A stretch of 64,000 nt of DNA from Minisyncoccota bacterium (GTDB lineage Bacteria; Patescibacteriota; Minisyncoccia; Moranbacterales; UBA2206): positions 74,034 through 138,033 of the forward strand of contig JARLIA010000005.1 of NCBI GenBank assembly GCA_031291955.1, in the 5' to 3' direction. Of this stretch, positions 30,224-39,348 are shown piece by piece. Position 1 is the stretch's first letter, and every line of letters starts with the position of its first letter. Position numbers and translations under genes: made by a program. The notes beneath the pieces were generated by a model. That model was not told where the DNA came from. It was given only the letters and a program-made list of their open reading frames with translations, and searched no databases.

Positions 30224-30290
30224 AATTTTCAATTTTCAATTTTCAATTTACAATCAATTTTCAATGATTCAATTTTCAATTCAGAAGACG
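30224..30290. repeat. (TTTTCAATT)n tandem array
   Basis: AAAATTTTCAATTTTCAATTTTCAATTT...; a near-identical array recurs at 56738-56870. Confidence 0.6.
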
Positions 30291-30360
30291 ATGCGGACTT
30301 GAAAATTGATAATTATTTGAGTTGATCATTCATTGATGATTGATTATTGTAAATTGATAA

Positions 30361-31326
30361 TTGATGACCAATGGATTATCAAAAAAAATTCTCGCTACTA
30401 TTATTTATTACGATATTTTAGATTATCCGCTCACTTCCTTTGAAGTCTGGAAGTATCTTCTGGCAGTGAACGGTGAGCAGGAATCAGTGAATAATAAAAA
30501 GGAGAAAATGAGTTTGGCTGAGGTCATGAAAGAGTTGGAAAGTGAAGACTTGCAAAAACATACTGAGGAATATCGCGGATTCTATTTTTTAAAAGGAAGA
30601 AGAGATCTTGTTGCCCAAAGACTGGAGCGGAACAAAATTTCCGAGCGGAAGCTTAAAAAAATACAGCAGACGGTTTTTTGGCTGCGAATGGCGCCGTTTG
30701 TCCGGATGGCGGCGGTCACGGGACGAGTGGCCATGAAGAACGCCACTAGAAAAAGCGATCTGGATCTTCTGATCGCGCTTAAAAACAATCGCATTTTTAC
30801 CGGGCGACTGCTGGTTACGCTTCTGGTGCATGCTTTGGGTCGGCGGCGTCATGGAAGCAAAATGACTGATCGGATCTGCCTCAACTATTTTATTACCGAT
30901 GGTTCGCTTGAAATCGGATCGCACGATATTTTTTCCGCTCACGAATATTCTTTCACCGTGCCGGTCTTTGGCGGCGAAGTTTTTCAGGAGTTTCAAAAAG
31001 AGAACAGCTGGATCGCGGAACATAAACCCGCTTTCGCGCCGGACGTGGTTTTGGGGATAAAAATTTTGGAAGATACTTCTTGGGTTAGGGCGGTCAGGGA
31101 GTTTGGGGAAAAAATATTCAACTCTGACAAACTGGAGGCGCGCCTCAAAAAATGGCAGATGGACCGGATTGTCGCTGACCCGCGGACTTATCAAAAAGGG
31201 AGCGGGGTGACGGCTGGTAGCGACGCGTTGGTTTTTCTGCCCGATCCGCAGGGACCGCGGGTTTATGAAAAATATCGTGAGAGGGTTGACGCTTTGGCGG
31301 AATCAGCTACAATATATAGTGGTTAG
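30361..31326 (+). CDS. Hypothetical protein with a possible nucleotidyltransferase (Pol-beta-like) motif
   Basis: GRVAMKNATRKSDLDLLIAL resembles the G[SG]x9-13DxD NTase motif. Confidence 0.4.
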   Translation: MMTNGLSKKILATIIYYDILDYPLTSFEVWKYLLAVNGEQESVNNKKEKMSLAEVMKELESEDLQKHTEEYRGFYFLKGRRDLVAQRLERNKISERKLKKIQQTVFWLRMAPFVRMAAVTGRVAMKNATRKSDLDLLIALKNNRIFTGRLLVTLLVHALGRRRHGSKMTDRICLNYFITDGSLEIGSHDIFSAHEYSFTVPVFGGEVFQEFQKENSWIAEHKPAFAPDVVLGIKILEDTSWVRAVREFGEKIFNSDKLEARLKKWQMDRIVADPRTYQKGSGVTAGSDALVFLPDPQGPRVYEKYRERVDALAESATIYSG

Positions 31327-31349
31327 CACTCTTCGAGCGCGACTGCTAA
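31323..31349 (+). promoter_or_regulatory. CIRCE operator (HrcA-binding inverted repeat) upstream of groEL
   Basis: TTAGCACTC-N9-GACTGCTAA differs from the consensus TTAGCACTC-N9-GAGTGCTAA at one position. Confidence 0.7.
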
Positions 31350-31435
31350 CGGTTCATGTAAACATATTAACATTTAAACATATTAACATGTTAAAAAAGT
31401 CTTTTGTTAACATGCTAATATGCTAACAGGCGAAC

Positions 31436-33073
31436 ATGAGTAAAATAATCAAGTACGACGAAGAAGCCCGGGAAAAAATCAAGGCCGGCATCGATGCTGT
31501 AGCCGACGCGGTAAAAATCACGCTTGGGCCGCGAGGACGGAATGTTCTTTTGGATAAGGGTTTTGGAACGCCGATTGTCACCAATGACGGCGTTTCTATA
31601 GCCAAGGAAATCGAACTGGAAGACAAGTTTGAGAATATGGGAGCGGAACTTATCAAAGAAGTAGCCAATAAGACCAATGATGTGGCTGGTGACGGAACAA
31701 CAACTGCGACGGTCCTTACCCAAGCTATTATCGCGGAAGGTCTGAAACTGATGGCGGCCGGTATGAATCCAATTATGGTACGCCAGGGAATCGAAGAAGC
31801 CAAAAATGAAATAATAAAAGAACTCAAGAATAATTCCAAGGCTGTCTCCGGGCGTGAAGAGATTGCACAGGTAGCCACCATCTCGGCCGAAAATCCAGAA
31901 ATGGGTAAAATGATTGCCGACGTGATGGCTGAGACCGGACGGGACGGCGTCATTACTGTTGAAGAATCACAGACCTTCGGGTTGTCCAGGGAAATCGTAG
32001 AGGGGACCAGTTTTGACAAAGGCTACATTTCTCACTATATGATGACCGACAGCGAATCTTTGAAAGCGGAATTGAAAGATCCGTATATCATCATCACTGA
32101 CAAGAAAATTTCCAGCATTCAGGACATCCTGCCGCTTCTGGAAAAGATCGCGGCCTCCGGGAAAAAGGAAATTGTCATCATTGCCGATGACGTGGAAGGG
32201 GAGGCGCTGACGACCTTGGTGTTGAATAAATTGCGAGGTATTTTGAATGTTTTAGCGGTCAAAGCCCCCGAATTCGGCGACACCAAAAAGGAAATGTTGG
32301 AAGATATTGCTATTCTCACCGGCGGGAAAGTAATTACTGAAGAGCGCGGAATGAAAATTGAAAACGCCACACTCTCTGACCTTGGCCAAGCGACTAAAGT
32401 TATTGCTACAAAGGACTTGACCACTGTTGTCAGCGGAAAAGGCAAGAAGAAAGAAATTGAAGCGCGTATCTTGCAACTCAAAACTCGGATCGAAAAATCG
32501 GACAGCAAGTATGACAAGGAAAAACTGCAAAAGCGTTTGGCGAAAATTTCCGGCGGCGTAGCGGTCATTAAAGTCGGGGCGGCCACCGAAACAGAACTGA
32601 CTTATATGAAACACAAAATGGAAGACGCGCTGGCAGCGACGCGCGCGGCTTACGCCGAAGGGGTGGTGGCCGGCGGCGGGACGGCTCTTTTCAAAGCGGC
32701 GGTCGCGGTCGCCAGCAAAATGGAAAACAGCCGGAAAAGCGACGAATACAAAGCTGGCTTTGCCATCCTGGTGAGAGCTTTGGAAGAACCGCTTCGCCAG
32801 ATTGCCAAAAATGGCGGGAAAAAAGATCCGGGCGTAGTGGCCAATGAAGTTTCTAAAAATAAAGGCAAGAACTATGGCTACAATGCTCGAGAAGATCAAT
32901 ATGTTGAAGATATGATAAAGGCTGGTATTATTGATCCGCTGAAAGTGACGCGGACGGCGCTTGAAAACGCGGTGAGCGTGGCAGCTATTCTACTCACCAC
33001 CGAAGCAGCTGTGGCCGAAAAGCCGGCGGAAAAACACGAGTCAGGCATGCCATCGATGCCGATGGGAATGTAA
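31436..33073 (+). CDS. groEL: Chaperonin GroEL (60 kDa)
   Basis: AREKIKAGIDAVADAVKITLGPRGRNVLL and DGTTTATVL are present. The C-terminus is Met/Gly-rich (MPSMPMGM). No groES gene lies immediately upstream. Confidence 0.95.
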   Translation: MSKIIKYDEEAREKIKAGIDAVADAVKITLGPRGRNVLLDKGFGTPIVTNDGVSIAKEIELEDKFENMGAELIKEVANKTNDVAGDGTTTATVLTQAIIAEGLKLMAAGMNPIMVRQGIEEAKNEIIKELKNNSKAVSGREEIAQVATISAENPEMGKMIADVMAETGRDGVITVEESQTFGLSREIVEGTSFDKGYISHYMMTDSESLKAELKDPYIIITDKKISSIQDILPLLEKIAASGKKEIVIIADDVEGEALTTLVLNKLRGILNVLAVKAPEFGDTKKEMLEDIAILTGGKVITEERGMKIENATLSDLGQATKVIATKDLTTVVSGKGKKKEIEARILQLKTRIEKSDSKYDKEKLQKRLAKISGGVAVIKVGAATETELTYMKHKMEDALAATRAAYAEGVVAGGGTALFKAAVAVASKMENSRKSDEYKAGFAILVRALEEPLRQIAKNGGKKDPGVVANEVSKNKGKNYGYNAREDQYVEDMIKAGIIDPLKVTRTALENAVSVAAILLTTEAAVAEKPAEKHESGMPSMPMGM

Positions 33074-33105
33074 GAAAGAAAAATTAAACACGGATTTAAT
33101 TTTGC

Positions 33106-33129
33106 AAAACCCCGTTTAGGCGGGGTTTT
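33106..33129 (+). terminator. groEL rho-independent terminator
   Basis: AAAACCCCG-TTTAGG-CGGGGTTTT plus a T-run. Confidence 0.55.
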
Positions 33130-33229
33130 TGATTTTTAAAATTGGCTGTGGATAACTTTTTTTGGCAAGATATGACAAAACTGAATTTTTGTTATATAAT
33201 TCAAGCAATAAAAAATAAAATAAAAAACA

Positions 33230-35971
33230 ATGAGAAAAATAAAACTTCTAGTTGTCTTAATGGTGCTGTCTTTTTTGGCGGTCTCGCCGGCTCTCGCGCA
33301 GACAGCCGCGCCGAATCAACCGGACGACACTGGTGTTGTAGTTATGCAAACAGTGTCGATTGCCAATGCTAAAATAGTTTCGCAAGATAAGAACAATGTG
33401 AAAGTTTCTTTCGATATCTATGCCGGACCGCAAGTCCAATCGGATGTGCGCTATGGAATAAGTCTGGAACCATTAGACGGGTCTGCTGTTTATGAAAAAG
33501 CGTTCCCAGACAACCTTACTATAGGAGCAAGTAAATCCGTTCACGAAGAAATCACTTATCAGGCTCCGGACTTCCTCGTTGGAGACTATCAACTGTATGT
33601 TGTCAGCAAAAATTCCCGCGGACTGCTTTTGAGCGAGAGATTGGCGGGCCAAGTAAATTTCAGCGGAACCGGCCAATGGATCGAGTTGGGGGATTGTTAC
33701 ATGACAATTCAAGGAGAAGCTGCTGCTACCCACTATGATCTTAATCAGGGCGTAGACATTAAACCCAGCGAAGTTTTGAAGGCTCATTGCAGTGCGACAA
33801 GTCATCTGTCTTCCCAGGCGACACTTCAGCCGTCTTTCGAAATAATGAGGCGGGGAAGTTACGGAGAAAGCGTACTAGTTCCTCAGGATGCTCTCCAGCC
33901 GCTTACCATCGCTCCAAATGAGACCAAAACATTGGATTTCGTCCTGCCGAAAGCTATGGAGCCTCAGGCTTATGATACGATTCTGACCTACAAAAATGCC
34001 AGCGGAGCGTCGGTGTCCAACGACATCGCTTTTCATTATGTTATTTTCGGAGAAAGCGCCACAATTCAAGGCGTTCAGCTTGACAAAAATTCCTACGCCG
34101 CCGGCGATACGGCCCAGGTGAGTTTCTTTTGGACGCCTTCCGCTGATATTTTTTCCGGCTCGCGATTTGGGGGAACTCCGGATAAAACAGCTCAAATAAA
34201 AATATCCATAACCGATTCTAATGGCCAAAAATGCGCCAATGATGTCGAGAAGGCGCTTGTGGATGTTTCGGGACTAGACAAGATGACTGTTTCAGTGGCG
34301 ATATCCAGCGCTTGCGCTAGTCCCAATGTCGCGGTGTCCATCGTGGACAGCACTGGCAATCAAACACTGGACGCGCTTTCTTTTGATATGACTCGCGGAA
34401 AGAATCCAACCACCGCCTCTCCTTCGCCATCCGCGAAAACATCCGGCAGTGATCTGAAAAAAGCAATCGCCCTTATTGTCGGCTTGCTGTTTCTCATTTC
34501 AATTATCTTTATTATCATAAAAAGAAACAACAAAGCGCGGATGATGATTTTTGTCTGCGGCCTCCTGGGAAGCGCGGCTATGTTCTTGGGAGTCGGCAGT
34601 GCCCGGGCGGATACACTGTTCAGTGTTGACAGGCGTTGCACAAAGGTAAATGGCGTAAACCATTGTGACGGTCCTACTGAATATCTTGTGCATATTGATG
34701 GTGTTAATAACGATATAATTGGCTATAATGCTAACGGTTGGCCGGAATTCACGCCAAATTCAAAAATAGATGTTTACGGAGAAACAGAATATAACACCAA
34801 CTGCAGCAATGGCCGCATACAAGGATCAATTTTGGATGTAACAATGAATAAAGGTTCCCAAGGCACCAATTCGTTTAATCTTTATGATACGATATATAGT
34901 TCATCCGGGGCCAATGCCCAAGGCCGTGTCACTCTTTATAACTCCACCAGCCAAAAGGTTACCTTAAGCTATGATTTTAGTACGATGATTACTGACGGGT
35001 CGGGGAAGAGTTATTATTTGTACGGTGAGCGTAGCGCCAAGGTAGCGCCTACTTTGATCATTCCGGCAGCCACCACCAGTAGGAAAGGAATAATAATTCC
35101 GGGTAAAAAAGTTGCAAATGTAATTGCGACAGATTCAGGCCCCAGCTATAACATATCAGGACCGGATAATTTTACGGTCAGCCAGGCTCTAGATGATGGA
35201 TGGTGGGGCGACGATTCTCAATCCGGTAATTACCAACCTGTCTCAGGCGTCACGGCGGAACTAGCTAATAAGGCAAAAATATCAGGCGGAAATTACAAGG
35301 ATTACGCTAAAGGAGACAGCATTGTGAATGCTCCAAGTACTCCAAATATGCTTACTGAGTGGGGCCATTTGTTTAATTATCCGTATTATGTTAAGTTTAC
35401 AGGCCATTTGGGATCAGTGGGCGGAACGCGGAATTATACAAACTCAACTGATATTTCTTATCTTGTCGTGGTCCCTGGCGTCTGCGACAGTGCTACTAAC
35501 GGCAAAACTCTTCCTTCTGTCCCAGCCACTAATTTATGCAGCGCTGGCACCGCTAGTCCAGTTGTTACCAGCACAAGTCCCTGGACGTGGACCTGCCAAG
35601 GAACTGTCGGAACTGCTCCGGCTAAATGCTTCGCCAACCAAACAGCATCCACTTCCTGCACCAACTCAACCCCCCCGGATTCTCATAGTTTAAAGTGCAA
35701 CAATAAAGCTCCGCTCACTAACACTTCCACTAATAAATTAGTTTCCAGTTGTAGCGGCTCAGACAATAATGGATATTGTGAATATTATTGCAATGGATAC
35801 AAATACCAAAACGGAAAATGTGTCCCTAAAGATCCTTCCTGCAGTCCGACCACTTGTCCGCCAGCGAATCAGATATGTTCCGGCGCATCATGCACCGAAA
35901 TCGACAAGTATTGCCATTCGACAAACATTCCCGGCACTAAAACTTGCAATTGGAGAGAAGTAGCGCCGTAA
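33230..35971 (+). CDS. Large secreted/surface protein (913 aa) with an internal TM plus signal-peptide-like pair and a Cys-rich C-terminus
   Basis: An N-terminal signal peptide is present (MRKIKLLVVLMVLSFLAVSPALAQ). An internal hydrophobic helix plus KRNNKAR is followed directly by MMIFVCGLLGSAAMFLGVGSARA. The C-terminal ~150 aa contain more than 20 Cys. Confidence 0.7.
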   Translation: MRKIKLLVVLMVLSFLAVSPALAQTAAPNQPDDTGVVVMQTVSIANAKIVSQDKNNVKVSFDIYAGPQVQSDVRYGISLEPLDGSAVYEKAFPDNLTIGASKSVHEEITYQAPDFLVGDYQLYVVSKNSRGLLLSERLAGQVNFSGTGQWIELGDCYMTIQGEAAATHYDLNQGVDIKPSEVLKAHCSATSHLSSQATLQPSFEIMRRGSYGESVLVPQDALQPLTIAPNETKTLDFVLPKAMEPQAYDTILTYKNASGASVSNDIAFHYVIFGESATIQGVQLDKNSYAAGDTAQVSFFWTPSADIFSGSRFGGTPDKTAQIKISITDSNGQKCANDVEKALVDVSGLDKMTVSVAISSACASPNVAVSIVDSTGNQTLDALSFDMTRGKNPTTASPSPSAKTSGSDLKKAIALIVGLLFLISIIFIIIKRNNKARMMIFVCGLLGSAAMFLGVGSARADTLFSVDRRCTKVNGVNHCDGPTEYLVHIDGVNNDIIGYNANGWPEFTPNSKIDVYGETEYNTNCSNGRIQGSILDVTMNKGSQGTNSFNLYDTIYSSSGANAQGRVTLYNSTSQKVTLSYDFSTMITDGSGKSYYLYGERSAKVAPTLIIPAATTSRKGIIIPGKKVANVIATDSGPSYNISGPDNFTVSQALDDGWWGDDSQSGNYQPVSGVTAELANKAKISGGNYKDYAKGDSIVNAPSTPNMLTEWGHLFNYPYYVKFTGHLGSVGGTRNYTNSTDISYLVVVPGVCDSATNGKTLPSVPATNLCSAGTASPVVTSTSPWTWTCQGTVGTAPAKCFANQTASTSCTNSTPPDSHSLKCNNKAPLTNTSTNKLVSSCSGSDNNGYCEYYCNGYKYQNGKCVPKDPSCSPTTCPPANQICSGASCTEIDKYCHSTNIPGTKTCNWREVAP

Positions 35972-36094
35972 AAATTGCACCGATCTTTGCTAAAAATAAA
36001 AGAGAACGCTTCCGCGTTCTCTTTTTTTACAGGAGTTGCTGCTGCTGTTTTTGTTCTTTGATTTATGGTATAATAATTTCAGAAATAAAAAGCA

Positions 36095-37078
36095 ATGCCC
36101 AAAAACAAAATGCGATTTATCAATGATATTAATTTAAAAAAACAAGCCGATGATTTGGGGGTGAAGGTTTGGCAGACACCCAGTTTTCTTTTTATAATGA
36201 TGGGCTTAATCGCTGTTATCGTAATGACGGCTACCTATTATATTTCCGAAAGATACAATGATCCGCGGATAGTGGTTGTTTCTGAAAGTATTGTCGTGTC
36301 AGTGATTCTTATTATCGGCACGATTATCACTCGGATGGTAGACGAAATCATTCGATTGGACAAAATGAAAAGCGATTTCGTGTCTGTGGCTTCCCATCAA
36401 CTCCGGACGCCTCTTTCAGCGGTCAAATGGGAGACGGAAATTTTATTAGAAAAAGAAAATAAAGGTCTGACCGACAAACAGTTGAAAAATATTGAAAGTA
36501 TCGCGTTTCTCAACCAAAGGATGATCCGGTTGGTAAATGACCTGCTGGATGTAGCCCGTATCGAACAAAAGCGTTTGATCATCCGACAGCGCCGCTTTGA
36601 TTTTGCTAAATTGGTCGGGGATGTGTTTCGCCAGTTTCAGCCGACTTTTGAAGAGAGACATTTGGAAGTGGTTTTGAATGTAAAAAAGAATCTTCCCTGG
36701 GCAGTGGCCGATCCGGAAAAGATAAAAATCGTGGTGGAGAATCTGATCGGGAATGCCGTAAAATATACCACCAGCGGAGGGAAGGTGGAAACTTTGATTT
36801 ATTCTAAAGACGGATTTCTGATTTTTGAAGTCAAAGACAACGGAGTTGGCATTCCCGAGGAGCAGATTAGTCGGATTTTCAACAAGTTTTTCCGATCTGA
36901 CAACGCTGTCAAATATCAGACCGAAGGAACAGGCCTGGGTCTTTACATTGCTAAAAATATCGTGGAGCAATCCAGGGGGAAAATATGGTTTCAGTCTATT
37001 GAAAATGTCGGTTCGCTGTTTGCTTTTTCCATACCGGAAGCCAAAGAAGAACCCGATAAAACCGGGAAAAATGATTGA
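36095..37078 (+). CDS. Sensor histidine kinase (2 TM, HisKA and HATPase_c)
   Basis: The H-box is SHQLRTPLSAV. The N and G boxes are present (GNAVKYT, DNGVGIP, GTGLGL). Confidence 0.85.
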   Translation: MPKNKMRFINDINLKKQADDLGVKVWQTPSFLFIMMGLIAVIVMTATYYISERYNDPRIVVVSESIVVSVILIIGTIITRMVDEIIRLDKMKSDFVSVASHQLRTPLSAVKWETEILLEKENKGLTDKQLKNIESIAFLNQRMIRLVNDLLDVARIEQKRLIIRQRRFDFAKLVGDVFRQFQPTFEERHLEVVLNVKKNLPWAVADPEKIKIVVENLIGNAVKYTTSGGKVETLIYSKDGFLIFEVKDNGVGIPEEQISRIFNKFFRSDNAVKYQTEGTGLGLYIAKNIVEQSRGKIWFQSIENVGSLFAFSIPEAKEEPDKTGKND

Positions 37079-37124
37079 TCCGCAAAGTTATCAAACATAA
37101 TTTTAAAACGGGGGAAAACCAATT

Positions 37125-37502
37125 ATGAACGAGCAAAAAAAAATATTAATCATTGAAGATGAGGCGGCGCTTCAACAGGCCTTGATCGAGTTTTTGGGCG
37201 CGGAAAATTTTGCGGTGGTAAGCGCAGTTGATGGGCAGCAGGGGTTGGAATTGGCCAAATCAGAGGATCCCGATCTAGTACTTTTGGATATAATCCTGCC
37301 CAAGCTGGATGGTTACGCGGTTTTGGAAGAATTGAAAAAAAATGCTGTCACTAAAAACACCCCCGTTATTCTGCTGACGAATTTGGAAAGTGCCGAAGAT
37401 ATCCAAAAAGCATTCGATAAAGGAGCGACGACTTATCTGGTAAAATCGGAATATAGATTGGAAGATATTGTGAAAAAAATAAAAGAAACATTAAAGATGT
37501 AA
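37125..37502 (+). CDS. Single-domain response regulator (CheY-like receiver)
   Basis: ILIIEDE...DLVLLDIILPKLDG...LLTNLES...K. The conserved Asp and Lys positions are present. Confidence 0.85.
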   Translation: MNEQKKILIIEDEAALQQALIEFLGAENFAVVSAVDGQQGLELAKSEDPDLVLLDIILPKLDGYAVLEELKKNAVTKNTPVILLTNLESAEDIQKAFDKGATTYLVKSEYRLEDIVKKIKETLKM

Positions 37503-37503
37503 C

Positions 37504-39270
37504 ATGCGAATCAGCAATACGCAACTTAGGGATTTTATCAAAGACTCCTCCCTGGTCAAGGATGACGAGCTGGAGGCGTCTTTTGCGGAAGCCGAGAGGG
37601 ACAAGAAGAAGTTGGGGGATGTAATGCTTGAGAAAAAACTGGTTGACGGAATCCAACTAAGGAAACTTTACGCGTATATTTTAGGCGTGCCTTACGTGGA
37701 AATTTCCAAGGAAGTCATTCCGCGTGAAATTTTGCAGATCATTCCCGAACCAATCGCTAAAAAATACAAAATCGTGGCTTTTGAAAAAAGCGGCCATGAA
37801 TTGAAAGTGGCCATGCTTAGCCCGGACGATATCCAGACAATTGACTTTATTCGCAAAAAAACCGGCCTCCGGATCGTTTCCTGTTTGACGTCGGAAGAAA
37901 GCATTGAAACGGTGCTTAAGCAATACAGCAAAAGCTTGAAGGCGGAATTTGGAGATATTATAAGCAAAAACGCGGAAGAAATTTCCGAAGCAGAAGATGG
38001 GGAAGATGAACAGGATTCGGAAGATTTGGAGAAAGTGGCCCAGGGACTTCCCATTATTCGGATTGTTGATACACTCATAAAACACGCCATTTTGCAAAAC
38101 GCCAGCGATATCCACATTGAGCCGGACGAAAAAGAAGTGCGGGTCCGGTATCGCATCGACGGGATTTTGCACGAAGCCATGATTCTTCCCAAGCAAGTGC
38201 GCGACGGGATCATTGCCCGCATTAAGGTGCTTTCCAATTTGAAGTTGGACGAGCATCGCGTGCCGCAAGACGGCCGATTCAAAATTGAGCAGGATGGTCT
38301 CAAAATTTCTTTTCGGGTCAGTATTTTGCCAATTTTCGATGGAGAGAAAATTGTGATGCGGTTGCTCAACGAATCATCCAAGGGATTGACACTGGAAGCG
38401 ATGGGACTCTCTGGAGATGGCTTGGAGGCTATTCATCGCGAGATCAAACGTCCCAATGGCATGATTTTGGTAACTGGACCGACCGGTTCAGGCAAAACCA
38501 CCACCTTGTATACGATTATGGATATTCTCAACACGCCCGACGTCAACATCAGCACTGTGGAGGACCCGGTGGAATATCGGATGCCGCGCATTAATCAGAC
38601 CCAGGTCCACCCGCAAGTTGGTCTCACTTTTGCTGCGGGCTTGCGTTCGCTGTTGCGGCAGGACCCGGATATCATCATGGTTGGCGAAATCCGTGACAAA
38701 GAGACGATGGAAATGGCTGTTCAAGCAGCCATGACCGGACACTTGGTGCTTTCAACGCTCCACACCAACAGCGCCGCCGGAACTTTGCCGCGGCTTATTG
38801 ATATGGGAGCCGAACCGTTTTTGGTGGCTTCGACTGCCAACGTGATTATGGCTCAGCGTCTGGTGCGGAAACTTTGCCACGATTGCAAGAAAGAATATGT
38901 GATGAACGACAAAGAACTCAAGACGCTCAAAGACAATTACGATATGGATGACATTCTGGAAAAGATAAAAGGAAACGATTTGCTGGTCGGCAAGCTGAAA
39001 GCCAAGGATGGTTGGGAGGACGTCAAGTTTTATCAACCGGTCGGCTGTGAGCAATGTAATCACGAGGGTTATCATGGCCGGAGCGGAATTTTCGAAGTAC
39101 TGCCGGTGGATGACGATATCAAAAAAATGATCACTCAAAAAGCCACCTCGGAAGAATTGGAGACAAAGGCCAAGGAAAAGGGGATGCTGACCATGATCGA
39201 TGACGGTTTTATTAAAGCCATTCTGGGAGTAACATCAGTGGAGGAAATTTTGCGAGTGACGAAAGAATAG
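37504..39270 (+). CDS. pilB: Type IV pilus assembly ATPase PilB (GspE family)
   Basis: A T2SSE_N domain is present. Walker A is GPTGSGKTTTLY. The tetracysteine motif CHDC...CEQC is present. Confidence 0.9.
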   Translation: MRISNTQLRDFIKDSSLVKDDELEASFAEAERDKKKLGDVMLEKKLVDGIQLRKLYAYILGVPYVEISKEVIPREILQIIPEPIAKKYKIVAFEKSGHELKVAMLSPDDIQTIDFIRKKTGLRIVSCLTSEESIETVLKQYSKSLKAEFGDIISKNAEEISEAEDGEDEQDSEDLEKVAQGLPIIRIVDTLIKHAILQNASDIHIEPDEKEVRVRYRIDGILHEAMILPKQVRDGIIARIKVLSNLKLDEHRVPQDGRFKIEQDGLKISFRVSILPIFDGEKIVMRLLNESSKGLTLEAMGLSGDGLEAIHREIKRPNGMILVTGPTGSGKTTTLYTIMDILNTPDVNISTVEDPVEYRMPRINQTQVHPQVGLTFAAGLRSLLRQDPDIIMVGEIRDKETMEMAVQAAMTGHLVLSTLHTNSAAGTLPRLIDMGAEPFLVASTANVIMAQRLVRKLCHDCKKEYVMNDKELKTLKDNYDMDDILEKIKGNDLLVGKLKAKDGWEDVKFYQPVGCEQCNHEGYHGRSGIFEVLPVDDDIKKMITQKATSEELETKAKEKGMLTMIDDGFIKAILGVTSVEEILRVTKE

Positions 39271-39348
39271 TCAGAACCACTGATTAACACTGATTATGCT
39301 GATTACACGTGAATTAATTTTTTTAATAAGAAATATAAACAACTTAGA

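Noticed and set aside
31423-32899. Long minus-strand ORFs (198-215 aa) inside groEL
   Set aside because: They are antisense to one of the most conserved proteins known. They are Ser/Ala-rich low-complexity frames.
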